From contig BTVV01000049.1 of NCBI GenBank assembly GCA_045863855.1, positions 1 through 40,843 of the forward strand: a DNA stretch of 40,843 nt. The letters are read 5' to 3'. The stretch is from Planctomycetota bacterium (lineage in GTDB: Bacteria; Planctomycetota; SZUA-567; H5-PLA8). The notes under the pieces were generated by a model that searched no databases, had not been told where the DNA came from, and saw only the letters and a program-made list of their open reading frames with translations. Every line of letters starts with the position of its first letter. The stretch's first letter is position 1. Shown piece after piece: positions 1 to 8,411 of the stretch. The translations under genes were made by a program, and so were the position numbers.

Positions 1-835
1 CGAACGCCACCGTGTTCCGGACGGTGATACGCATGCGCGTGGCGGTGCTGTAGGCGCTCGTGTTGATGACCTTGGTGTCGACCGCGTTCTCGCCGGGAAT
101 CTGACCGGCCAGCCAGCCGGCGTTGAACGAAGCCGGCAGCGGACCGGTCCAAAACGTGCATCCTTCGATCAGGATGAGGTCGGGATAGTCCGCGTCGCGG
201 TCCGGGTCGGTCTGGAAGCAGTCCCCGGAGCAGTAGTAGATGTTGCAGCCGCGGATCGTAAGGCCTTGGGTGTCGGTGGCAACGATCCCGTGCGCGTCGT
301 CCTGCACGGTATAGGAGCCCGCCAGGAAATTATAGATGGTGCAATTCTCGATCAGGCCGCCGTCCCCGTCGTTGATGTCCACGCCATCCTTCGTGCCGTT
401 GCAGACGGTCATGTTGCGCAGAGTGTTGTTCTTGTTGCGAACGAGTACGGCGTCGTTGGCTCCTTTTTTCTGGTCGACGGTGATGCCGTCCACGACGAGG
501 TAGGTTCCTTGGATCTCTAACTGCAGGATGACGGGCGCGGCGCCCGTGCCGTAGCTGGCCACCGTGATTCTCGCGGCGGCGGCGCCCGAATTCTTGAGCG
601 TCAGCTTTTCATTCCACTGGCCGCCGCGTTTCAGCAGGACCGAATCGCCGGCCGCGAGGCTCTTGGCGTTGACCTTGGCCAGCGACTTCCACGCCGCGGT
701 GGTGGACGTTCCCGCGTACGCGTCGTTGCCGCCGACAGAGTCCACGTAGTAGTTCGCGGCCGACGCGGCGGGTGCAAGCGCGACGCCTCCGCACACGGCC
801 ACCACCGCCAGCAAATGCATCGCGCGCGCGGACAT
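1..835 (-). CDS. Secreted right-handed parallel beta-helix (pectin lyase-like) protein, partial; continues beyond the left edge
   Basis: Not in the ORF track because there is no stop in the window. Manual translation from ATG at 835 (GGAGG RBS): MSARAMHLLAVVAVCGGVALAPAASA|ANYYVDSVGGNDAYAGTSTTAAWKSLAKVN...GDSVLLKRGG, i.e. signal peptide, typical YYV..GND..GTS...W.SL start, then repeats such as GGLIENCTIY, GLTIRGCNIY, ILIEGCTF. Confidence 0.85.
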   Translation of the reverse strand, partial: MSARAMHLLAVVAVCGGVALAPAASAANYYVDSVGGNDAYAGTSTTAAWKSLAKVNAKSLAAGDSVLLKRGGQWNEKLTLKNSGAAAARITVASYGTGAAPVILQLEIQGTYLVVDGITVDQKKGANDAVLVRNKNNTLRNMTVCNGTKDGVDINDGDGGLIENCTIYNFLAGSYTVQDDAHGIVATDTQGLTIRGCNIYYCSGDCFQTDPDRDADYPDLILIEGCTFWTGPLPASFNAGWLAGQIPGENAVDTKVINTSAYSTATRMRITVRNTVAF

Positions 836-1294
836 GATGAACTTCCTCCGTGGACTTGGATTGGGCATGTGTACTAGTGCACTCAATAGGGCGCGTTCAG
901 ACGGAATGCCAGAGGGAAGTTGTCATTTTCGCGTGCGAGCGCAAAAAATTTGCGCTCATGTGCAAATACGCACCTGCGCAATTCGAGTTGGAGGGCCTGT
1001 GCCAGCGCCGCGTTGGGTTGGGGGCCGCGTGCGCGAATTCACTGACGCGAAAGAATCTGCAAGAAGCCTTGCTTGCGCTCGCGAACGCAGAAGCGGAGCG
1101 ATGGCCCCGAGCCGTAATCGGCCGGTGGAAGCTCCCCCTGCCGTTCGCCTTTAATGATTTTGCGTTATCAGGCTAAAACCTTGCTTTCGTTCGCAAAGAT
1201 CGCGTAATGCGTTTGACCGGCGCGCCGTTCGGGCCTACACCCATGGCAACCCACCTCTCCCTGCCGGGAGTCTAGAATCGAAAGGAGTCCAGAC

Positions 1295-2521
1295 ATGCCG
1301 ACGAATCGCGGCGTGGTGTATCTCGGGCCGAACAAGGTCGATGTTCAGTCGATCGATTTTCCGAAGCTCGAGCTGAAGGAACAGAAACGCAAGTGCGACC
1401 ACGGGGTGATCCTGAAGGTCGTCTGTACGAACATCTGCGGAAGCGACCAGCACATGGTTCGCGGCCGCACGACGGCGCCTTCGGGCCTGGTGCTGGGCCA
1501 TGAGATCACCGGCGAGGTGATCGAAGCCGGACGCGACGTGGAGTTCATCCGCAAGGGCGACTTGGTCAGCGTGCCGTTCAACATCGCCTGCGGGCGCTGC
1601 CGGAACTGTAAGGAAGGCAAGACGGGGATCTGTCTGACCGTGAATCCGGCTCGTCCGGGCGCGGCGTACGGGTACGTCGATATGGGCGGCTGGGTGGGCG
1701 GACAGGCCGAGTACGTGATGGTGCCTTACGCCGACTTCAACCTGCTCAAGCTGGCGGCCAGCGATCCCAAGCGCGACAAGGGCTTGCCGGACCGCGACAC
1801 GGCGATGGCGAAGATCAAAGATCTGGCGCTTCTGAGCGACATCTTCCCGACGGGCTTCCACGGCGCCTTCACGGCGGGCGTGGGTCCGGGGAGCACGGTG
1901 TACATCGCGGGCGCGGGCCCCGTGGGTCTGGCGTGCGCGTCGTCGGCGCATCTGCTGGGCGCGGCGGTGGTGATCGTTGGCGACCTGAACAAGGAACGCC
2001 TGAAGCAGGCCAAGAAGTTCGGCTGCGAAGTGGTGGACGTGAGCAAGAGCGCGTCGGTCGCCGAGCAGATTGAGCAGATTCTGGGCGTGCCGGAAGTGGA
2101 CGCGGTGGTGGACTGCGTGGGCTTCGAAGCCCGCGGCTGCGGCCACGACCACAGCAAGGAAGTCCCCGCGCAGGTGCTCAACACGGTGATGGAAGTCGTG
2201 CGGGCCGGCGGCGACATCGGGATCCCGGGCTTGTACGTGACGGGGGACCCGGGTGCGGTGGATGCCGAGGCGAAAATCGGTTCGCTGCGCATTCGCATCG
2301 GGCTGGGCTGGGCCAAGAGTTGCCGCTTCACCACGGGCCAGTGCCCGGTGATGAAGTACAACCGCGGCCTGATGATGGCGATTCTGCACGACAAGATCCA
2401 GATCGCCAAGAACGTGAACGTGCAGACGATCAAGATCGGCGACGCCCCCAAGGGCTACATCGATTTCGACAAGGGCGCGGCGAAGAAGTACGTCATCGAC
2501 CCGCACGGGATGGTGGCGTAA
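1295..2521 (+). CDS. fdhA: Glutathione-independent formaldehyde dehydrogenase (Zn-dependent MDR family)
   Basis: NICGSDQHMVRGRT, GHEITGEV, structural Zn site CGRCRNCKEGKTGIC, LSDIFPTG, GAGPVGL, GLGWAKS, C-terminal KYVIDPHG; AAGGAG RBS. Confidence 0.93.
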   Translation: MPTNRGVVYLGPNKVDVQSIDFPKLELKEQKRKCDHGVILKVVCTNICGSDQHMVRGRTTAPSGLVLGHEITGEVIEAGRDVEFIRKGDLVSVPFNIACGRCRNCKEGKTGICLTVNPARPGAAYGYVDMGGWVGGQAEYVMVPYADFNLLKLAASDPKRDKGLPDRDTAMAKIKDLALLSDIFPTGFHGAFTAGVGPGSTVYIAGAGPVGLACASSAHLLGAAVVIVGDLNKERLKQAKKFGCEVVDVSKSASVAEQIEQILGVPEVDAVVDCVGFEARGCGHDHSKEVPAQVLNTVMEVVRAGGDIGIPGLYVTGDPGAVDAEAKIGSLRIRIGLGWAKSCRFTTGQCPVMKYNRGLMMAILHDKIQIAKNVNVQTIKIGDAPKGYIDFDKGAAKKYVIDPHGMVA

Positions 2522-2547
2522 GCCGAACTCGTTAATTCGACGCAAGC

Positions 2548-2580
2548 GAAGAGCGCCCGGCACCGTGCCGGGCGCTTTTC
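2548..2580. terminator. Probable bidirectional intrinsic terminator between convergent genes
   Basis: GAAGAGCGCCCGGCAC-C-GTGCCGGGCGCTTTTC inverted repeat between the fdhA stop and the convergent ORF stop. Confidence 0.8.
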
Positions 2581-2583
2581 GTT

Positions 2584-3030
2584 TCAGGCCGATGGCGGCA
2601 GGCGCGCTTCGAGGGCCTGGACCAGACCGGCCGGATCGTCCGTACCGATGCGGAAGCGCCGCCCGTCGCGGAACTCCAACTCCACCGCGTCCAGCCCCGA
2701 GACATTCCACATCCAGCCGCCGCCGAAGTTCTTGATGCCCCAACCCATGTACCAGCGGTTGCGCACCGCCCGCACCGCGCGGACTTCGGCCAGATCGATC
2801 CTCTTCTTCAGCAGGCCCGGCCCGAAGGCCAAAGCGGCTTCGCGTTCGTCAATTTCCACGCTCAACCGTCCGAAGAACCATGCGAGCGCTACGGAGATGG
2901 CCGCCCCCGCGAGGAGCACATCCCGGGCCTGTGGAATCAGGATGGCGGCGGTCAGTTCGACCACGGCGGCCAGCCCGAAGATCGTGTACATCAAGTACCC
3001 CTGTTGCACTCGTCTGTAGCCCGTCGTCAT
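2584..3030 (-). CDS. Conserved hypothetical membrane protein (two N-terminal TM segments, possible bacterial PH-like soluble domain)
   Basis: Hydrophobic N-terminus, then GWGI...WNVSGLDAVEL...FRIGTDDP; GGAGG RBS. Confidence 0.75.
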   Translation of the reverse strand: MTTGYRRVQQGYLMYTIFGLAAVVELTAAILIPQARDVLLAGAAISVALAWFFGRLSVEIDEREAALAFGPGLLKKRIDLAEVRAVRAVRNRWYMGWGIKNFGGGWMWNVSGLDAVELEFRDGRRFRIGTDDPAGLVQALEARLPPSA

Positions 3031-3124
3031 GGCCGCCTCCCGCCTGATTCCTTAACCTACCGCAGCTTCGGCCGGACCTTTCAACAATCCGGAGCGGAAT
3101 CGCCATGCAGAGGGGGCGGACGGC

Positions 3125-4795
3125 TTACTTCGCTTCCGTACTGAACGGCGAGGCCGGCAGGCCCGCCGCGTTCACCAGGTTTCCGTCGGGCCATTCGCGG
3201 TAGGCGTAGCGCACGGTCAGCGGCCCCGAAAGCCCTTTCGCATCCAGGCGCACGCTCGCGCCTTCAAGCTTGCCCTTCAGCGCGACGAACTTACCGTCCG
3301 CGCCGGCCGCTTCGAATCCGCGCAGTTCCCCATCCTTCGCGCTCAACCCTTCGGCGTGCTTGAACGTCACGATCAGGGTATCGCCCTGGCGCTGCACGCC
3401 CGTGACCAGCGGTCCCGACGCCGTGAGCTTCTCGCCGTATGCCAGACTCCGCGCCAGCAGCGCGAGGCGCTCGCCCATCGGCTTCTTCTCCGGCGGATGC
3501 AGGTTCCCTGTGGTGAGGTCGTAGACCACGGCCATCCCGGTGTTGGGAGCGAGGTCCAACGCTTTGCGCTGTTCGTCACGCACGCGCGCCCATCCGGCCA
3601 CCGTCTCGCGCTGCTCGGGCGCCGGCAACTGCGTCCCGTGGACCTGCTCCTTGCCGAAGCCGATTCGCGCGAGCTGCACGAACAGGAATGGGAAATCGCC
3701 TTGCCCCCAGTCGCGCCTCCAGCTTTGGATCAGCGCCGCAAGACGCAGGTCGTATCCGAGGCCCAGCGGATCCTGAAGCGTTTGGGCGTTGGCTTCGCCC
3801 TGGTACCAGATGACGCCGCGGATCGCGAAGGGCTGCATGCTGCGGACCTGCCGGCGGTAGAGCGTCCCTTCCGGCAGTTTCCCGTGTTTGTGGCCTTCGA
3901 GCGTCCACGCTCCCGTCCACTCGGAGACGTTCGTCGCGTTGTACGCCGAATGAATCAGCCCCACGGGGATTTTGAGGTGCTCCTGCAGCGCCGCGCCGAA
4001 GTAGTAACCCGTGCCCGAGAAGGGCATGGCCGATTTCTTCTCGGCGGCCTGCCAGCCCAAATATCGCAGCGCCGGCCGGTTGGGCGCGTAGCTGGCCTCG
4101 GGGAAGCGTTGGAGGCGCAGCAACGGGTTAGGCGGGTCGAGCTTCAAGGTTCCGGCGTCCTTGCTGTACGAGAGCGCGTAGTGCATGTTGGACTGCCCTG
4201 AGCAGAGCCAGACCTCGCCGACGTACACTTCCTTTAATTCGATCGCGGACTTGGCCTGGATGCGCAGCGGGAACGGCCCGCCCGCGTCGCCGGGCTCGAG
4301 GTCCACGCGCCACGCGCCGGCTGCATCGGCTGCGCCCTCATACTTCTTGCCGCGGAATTCGACGGCAACTTTCACGCCGGGCTCGGTGGTGCCGAAGACA
4401 GGCGCCTTGCCGCCGCGCTGGAGCACCATCCCGTCGCCGCAGACGGAGGCCAGGACCGTGTCGGCGACGCGGACGTTTTTCAGTTCGATCGTGTTCTGCC
4501 CCCTGATCGTCATCGGGAACGGGCCGCCCGGCGTGCCTTCGTCGAGTTCCAGGCGCCACAGGCCCGCGGCGTCGGCCTTGACGGCATGCGTCTTGCCGCG
4601 GAACTCGAGGCTGAACTCGGCGTTGCGTCCGGCGGTTCCCGTCAACGGAGTTTTTACGCCGCTTTGCAGCACCATGTTCTCGCCGAACTCCACGGCGAGC
4701 ATGACGTCGCCTTGAGCGGCGTGCGCGAGCGAGGCCGTGCAGAGCATAACGGCCGCCTGGCCGAGCAGCGTCCTTAAGCGATTCGATCGGTTCAT
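3125..4795 (-). CDS. Secreted sialate O-acetylesterase (SGNH/SASA family) with duplicated N-terminal domain
   Basis: GEVWLCSGQSNM, GVIWYQGEAN, PFLFVQL, LHPPEKKPMGERLA, NLVNAAGLPASPF. Start moved to MNRSNR (4795), which gives a signal peptide ending AHA. Confidence 0.9.
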   Translation of the reverse strand: MNRSNRLRTLLGQAAVMLCTASLAHAAQGDVMLAVEFGENMVLQSGVKTPLTGTAGRNAEFSLEFRGKTHAVKADAAGLWRLELDEGTPGGPFPMTIRGQNTIELKNVRVADTVLASVCGDGMVLQRGGKAPVFGTTEPGVKVAVEFRGKKYEGAADAAGAWRVDLEPGDAGGPFPLRIQAKSAIELKEVYVGEVWLCSGQSNMHYALSYSKDAGTLKLDPPNPLLRLQRFPEASYAPNRPALRYLGWQAAEKKSAMPFSGTGYYFGAALQEHLKIPVGLIHSAYNATNVSEWTGAWTLEGHKHGKLPEGTLYRRQVRSMQPFAIRGVIWYQGEANAQTLQDPLGLGYDLRLAALIQSWRRDWGQGDFPFLFVQLARIGFGKEQVHGTQLPAPEQRETVAGWARVRDEQRKALDLAPNTGMAVVYDLTTGNLHPPEKKPMGERLALLARSLAYGEKLTASGPLVTGVQRQGDTLIVTFKHAEGLSAKDGELRGFEAAGADGKFVALKGKLEGASVRLDAKGLSGPLTVRYAYREWPDGNLVNAAGLPASPFSTEAK

Positions 4796-4906
4796 GAGAT
4801 GCTCCCGTGACGTTAAGTCATACCGGTCTAAGACCGCAGCAAAACGCATTGCAGCGGTTGTTACCATGCATAGAGTTCGGAAGTGTCCGGGTCCATCCCA
4901 AAATCC

Positions 4907-5246
4907 ATGGCCGAATCGACCGTTCCCCAAGTCTTGCGCCGCGAAATGAGCCTCTTCGGCGCGGGGCATCTGGCGCTCTTCTTCCAGGCTTCCGACGGTG
5001 CGACCGGCGCTCCTGCAGGCCACGGCGCCGATGTTCGTCGCCTTCACCGGTTACGGTCGGATCGCGGCGCTGGGCGAGGAGGTGTGCGAACCGCGCAGGA
5101 CGATCCCGCGCGCCATCGTCGCCACGGTGGCGCTGGCGGCGTGCCTGTTTCTGGCCTTCTGGGTCGAGTGGCAAGTCTGGCTAAGCGGGGTGGGGCTGGT
5201 GTGGTTTGCGGCCGCGGGGAGCCAAAAAGGAAAAGGTAACGCGTAA
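4907..5246 (+). pseudogene. Collapsed, frameshifted remnant of an APC-family amino acid permease
   Basis: One frame gives MAESTVPQVLRREMSLFGA (APC N-terminus-like). A different frame gives FVAFTGYGRIAALGEEVCEPRRTIPRAI (APC core motif) joined directly to a C-terminal-like ACLFLAFWVEWQVWLSG. Only ~340 bp in total. Confidence 0.75.
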
Positions 5247-5300
5247 GAGATGTCGAGCCGTTGCCGTGATTACTTTTTGCGTATTACGCTCAAAACCGTT

Positions 5301-5339
5301 CCGCCCTCGCTCTCCCCATGGCGGGAAGAGCGAGAGCGG
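5301..5339 (-). terminator. Hairpin downstream of the NHL gene
   Basis: Minus strand CCGCTCTCGCTCTTCCC-GCCAT-GGGGAGAGCGAGGGCGG forms a long stem with GU pairs just after the stop at 5354; U-tail is weak. Confidence 0.55.
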
Positions 5340-5353
5340 CGTACGTGCGGCTC

Positions 5354-6277
5354 TTAGACGCGCTTCAGCTTCGTGACGCGCCCGTCGTTGATCCATTCCA
5401 CGACGAAGATGTTGCCCTTCTTGTCCACGTGCAGGCCGTGCGGGCTGGTGAAGCTGCCGACGTGGCGCCATTCGGGCTTGATGTTCGGCCAGCCTTCGAG
5501 CTTCCAGCCTTCGTGGCGTTCGCCGACGTGGCAGATGAGCTGGTCGTTCTTGTCGAGAATGGTGAGGCGGCTGTGCAGGTCGGGGATGTAGATCTCGTCG
5601 TTGAACTGGATCGTCGTGCAGGGCTTGCGGACAATCCCGACGCCGGTGATCTTGACGAACTTCCCGTCGAGCGTGAAGTACTGGAGCCGGCTGTTGCCGC
5701 GGTCGCTGACCAGAACCAGGGGCTCCTTACCGCGCTTGTCGATCATGATGCCGTGGCAGTTGCTGAGCTGCCCTTCGCCGCTGCCGGGCCCGCCGAAGGA
5801 ACTTTTGTACGCGCCGCTCTTGGCGTCGTAAGTGTGTACCCAAGGCTGGCCGTAACCGTCGGCGACGTAGACGACGCCGTTGGGGCCGACGGCCGTCTCG
5901 GTGGGTGCGAAGAGCTTCCCGTCGCTGTCGTAGAGGTCCGGGCGCGGCGGGGTGCCGATCGTCCAGACGGCTTTGCCGTCGAGCGTGCACTTTACGACGG
6001 TGCGCTGATTCGTCGTCGAGAGGTAGAAGTATTCGGTGCCATCTTCGACGCTGTAGTGCAGCCCGTGCGCGCCGGAGGCGTACGCGCCGCCCCACGAAAC
6101 GATCGGCTTGCCTTCCGGATCGAAGACGTACATCGAATGCTTGCTGGCGTTATGGATGTAGATGCGGCCCTGCTTGTCTTCCACGACTCCGTGCGTGTAG
6201 CCGTAGGTGCGGCCGTCGGGCAACGCGCCCCAACCTTCCACCCACTCGTAACGGTGCGAGCCTTCGCCGACGATCAT
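5354..6277 (-). CDS. NHL-repeat six-bladed beta-propeller, peptidyl-alpha-hydroxyglycine lyase (PAL)-like
   Basis: THGV, AHGL, PTETAV...YVADGYG, CHGI, SDRGNSRLQYF, PHGLHVD...IFVVEW. Start placed at MIVGEG (6277) behind an AGGGGG RBS. Confidence 0.85.
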   Translation of the reverse strand: MIVGEGSHRYEWVEGWGALPDGRTYGYTHGVVEDKQGRIYIHNASKHSMYVFDPEGKPIVSWGGAYASGAHGLHYSVEDGTEYFYLSTTNQRTVVKCTLDGKAVWTIGTPPRPDLYDSDGKLFAPTETAVGPNGVVYVADGYGQPWVHTYDAKSGAYKSSFGGPGSGEGQLSNCHGIMIDKRGKEPLVLVSDRGNSRLQYFTLDGKFVKITGVGIVRKPCTTIQFNDEIYIPDLHSRLTILDKNDQLICHVGERHEGWKLEGWPNIKPEWRHVGSFTSPHGLHVDKKGNIFVVEWINDGRVTKLKRV

Positions 6278-6386
6278 GGCATATCCCCCTGTATAGGTTT
6301 CGATCTGACAGGCATGGTTTACGTTCGCGCTCACTGTAGTGTTCGTGCGCGGGCCGGTCAAATGGGGTTGGGGAGCCGCAGCGGAC

Positions 6387-7130
6387 TCAGGCTTTACCCA
6401 GGCGCTTCAGGATTTCGTCGCCCAACGCGGCGCGCTGCAGCGCGATCAGCTCGCGGATGCCCTGCTCGGCCAGATTCAGCAAGGTGTCGAGCTGCGCGCG
6501 CGGGAACGGATCGCCTTCGGCGGTACCCTGCACTTCGACGAAGTGGCCCGCCTCGGTCATGGCCACGTTGGCGTCGACTTCGGCGGCGAAATCCTCTTCG
6601 TAGCAGAGGTCCAGCGTGGGCACGTTCTTGACGATCCCGACGCTGACGGCCGCGACGAACGGGCCCATGGGGCTGGCGGTGACTTTGCCGCTTTGCATCA
6701 GCTTGTTGACGGCCAGCGCCAGCGCCACCATCGCGCCGGTGATCGAGGCCGTGCGCGTGCCGCCGTCGGCCTGAAGCACGTCGCAGTCGACGGTGACGGT
6801 CCGTTCGCCGAGCTTCTTGAGGTCCAGGGTGGGGCGCAGCGCTCGTCCGATCAGGCGCTGGATCTCGACGGTGCGCCCGTCCAGCTTGTCGCGGTCGCGG
6901 CGCTTGCGCGTATGCGTGCTGCGCGGAAGCATGTTGTACTCGGCGGTGACCCAGCCCTGTCCCTTGCCTTCGAGGAACGGGGGCACTTTTTCTTCGACGC
7001 TGGCGGTGCAGATCACGCGGGTGTTCCCGCACGCGATGAGCGCGCTGCCTTCGGCGTAGGGCATGAAATTCGGCTGGATGACGATGGGCCGAAGCGAATC
7101 GGCGGCTTTGCGGGTCGTGGCGGCGCTCAC
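6387..7130 (-). CDS. rph: Ribonuclease PH
   Basis: [60 protein letters not shown]. Confidence 0.97.
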   Translation of the reverse strand: MSAATTRKAADSLRPIVIQPNFMPYAEGSALIACGNTRVICTASVEEKVPPFLEGKGQGWVTAEYNMLPRSTHTRKRRDRDKLDGRTVEIQRLIGRALRPTLDLKKLGERTVTVDCDVLQADGGTRTASITGAMVALALAVNKLMQSGKVTASPMGPFVAAVSVGIVKNVPTLDLCYEEDFAAEVDANVAMTEAGHFVEVQGTAEGDPFPRAQLDTLLNLAEQGIRELIALQRAALGDEILKRLGKA

Positions 7131-7213
7131 GAGGGTACCTCCCTATCGGATGCGAACGGCGGCGTGGAATCGGGACGCATTGTAGGGAGCGGCGGCCGAG
7201 AATCTAGCGGCTC

Positions 7214-8305
7214 TTAGTCTTCGATCTTGACGCGGTCGGTCAGGTCGTCGAGCAATTCGGCGAGGCTGCGGCCGGTGCGGTCCTGGTCTTTGACCGCGAT
7301 CTGCCCGCGGCGCTTGAGCACCAGGGTCAGCGCTTCGACCACCTGCGGGTCGAACTGCGCGCCGGAGAGCGAGCGGATCTCGTCGAGCGCTTCCTGCGTC
7401 GTGCGGGCGGGGCTGTAGCTGCGCCGCGAGGTCATCGTGTCGTAGGCCTCGACGGTGTGGATGATCCGCGCGCCGAGCGGGATGTCTTCGCCCTTCAGGC
7501 CTTCCGGGTAGCCGCCGCCGTCGACGCGTTCGTGGTGATACTTGATGTAGCCGATGGCGCCCTGGAGCTGTTCGATGGGATCGAGAATGGTGCTCGCGAT
7601 CACCGGGTGGCGTTTGACGATCTCGCGCTCTTCGGGGTCCAGTGGGCCGGCCTTCTTGAGGATGGCTTCGCGTATGCCCATTTTGCCCAGATCGTGCAGG
7701 ATGCCGGCGATCCCGATGCGCCGCACTTCGTCGTCCTGAAAGCCCATCTCGCGGGCGACCGAACTGCCCAGCGTCGAGACGTTTTCGCTGTGGAAACGCG
7801 TGTACGGATCTTTCGCTTCCAGCACCTTGGCCATCACGCTGAGCACGTTCAGGAAGAGCGTCTCGTTGCGGCTGGTGCTGCGGCGCAGTTCGCGGCGCAG
7901 GAAGCGTTTGGTCAGCGCCTTCTCGCTCTTGAGCAGCAATAAGCCCAAATTGAGCGGGCGCGGCAGGTAGTCGTCGGCGCCGCGCGCGAGGCCTTCCATC
8001 GCCAAGGTACGCTCTTCGGGGGTGGCGAGGAGAATGATCGCGACGTCGAAGACGCTGTGAATTTCCTCGAAGGCTTCGATGCCGGGCCGGTCGGGAAGAT
8101 GCAGTCCCAGGACCACCAGATCGACGGGCTGGCGCATCGCCAAGCTGCGGCTCAGGCCGCGTATCGCTTCTTCGCCGCTGCCGCAGGCCTGGACGTATTC
8201 GTAGCCTTCGTGTTGTAAGCGTTCTGAAACCGCGGCGCGGTCTTCTTCGCGGGAATCCACCACCAGTACCCGCATGGCTCGAATGGCTTTTTGGGCCTTC
8301 AGCAT
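7214..8305 (-). CDS. REC(atypical)-HD-GYP cyclic dinucleotide phosphodiesterase
   Basis: N-terminal receiver-like domain; EAKDPYT..HS, HDLGK, HHERVDGGGYP.GL.GEDIPLGARI, AYDTMTS.R.Y, QFDP. Start uncertain (8275, 8305 or 8335). Confidence 0.9.
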   Translation of the reverse strand: MLKAQKAIRAMRVLVVDSREEDRAAVSERLQHEGYEYVQACGSGEEAIRGLSRSLAMRQPVDLVVLGLHLPDRPGIEAFEEIHSVFDVAIILLATPEERTLAMEGLARGADDYLPRPLNLGLLLLKSEKALTKRFLRRELRRSTSRNETLFLNVLSVMAKVLEAKDPYTRFHSENVSTLGSSVAREMGFQDDEVRRIGIAGILHDLGKMGIREAILKKAGPLDPEEREIVKRHPVIASTILDPIEQLQGAIGYIKYHHERVDGGGYPEGLKGEDIPLGARIIHTVEAYDTMTSRRSYSPARTTQEALDEIRSLSGAQFDPQVVEALTLVLKRRGQIAVKDQDRTGRSLAELLDDLTDRVKIED

Positions 8306-8411
8306 GCTCGTTTGCGCCACTCCGATGCGCCGCACGGCTCGTATCGGCTTTCAGGAAGATACCATACGAGGGCCGAGCACGAGGTGCAAGTAGCGCGAAT
8401 GAGTCGCGAAA

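Noticed and set aside
834..1176. Two short plus-strand ORFs in the intergenic region
   Set aside because: No RBS or recognisable motif; they overlap the probable divergent promoter region.
1235..2743. 502-aa ORF antisense to fdhA, and similar long antisense ORFs (5318-6631, 9338-10618, 11259-12842, 24740-26326, 33367-35130)
   Set aside because: Shadow frames of well-supported genes; high GC3 suppresses stop codons on the opposite strand.
4796..5047. N-terminal extension of the esterase ORF
   Set aside because: Overlaps the opposite-strand permease remnant and would bury the signal peptide.
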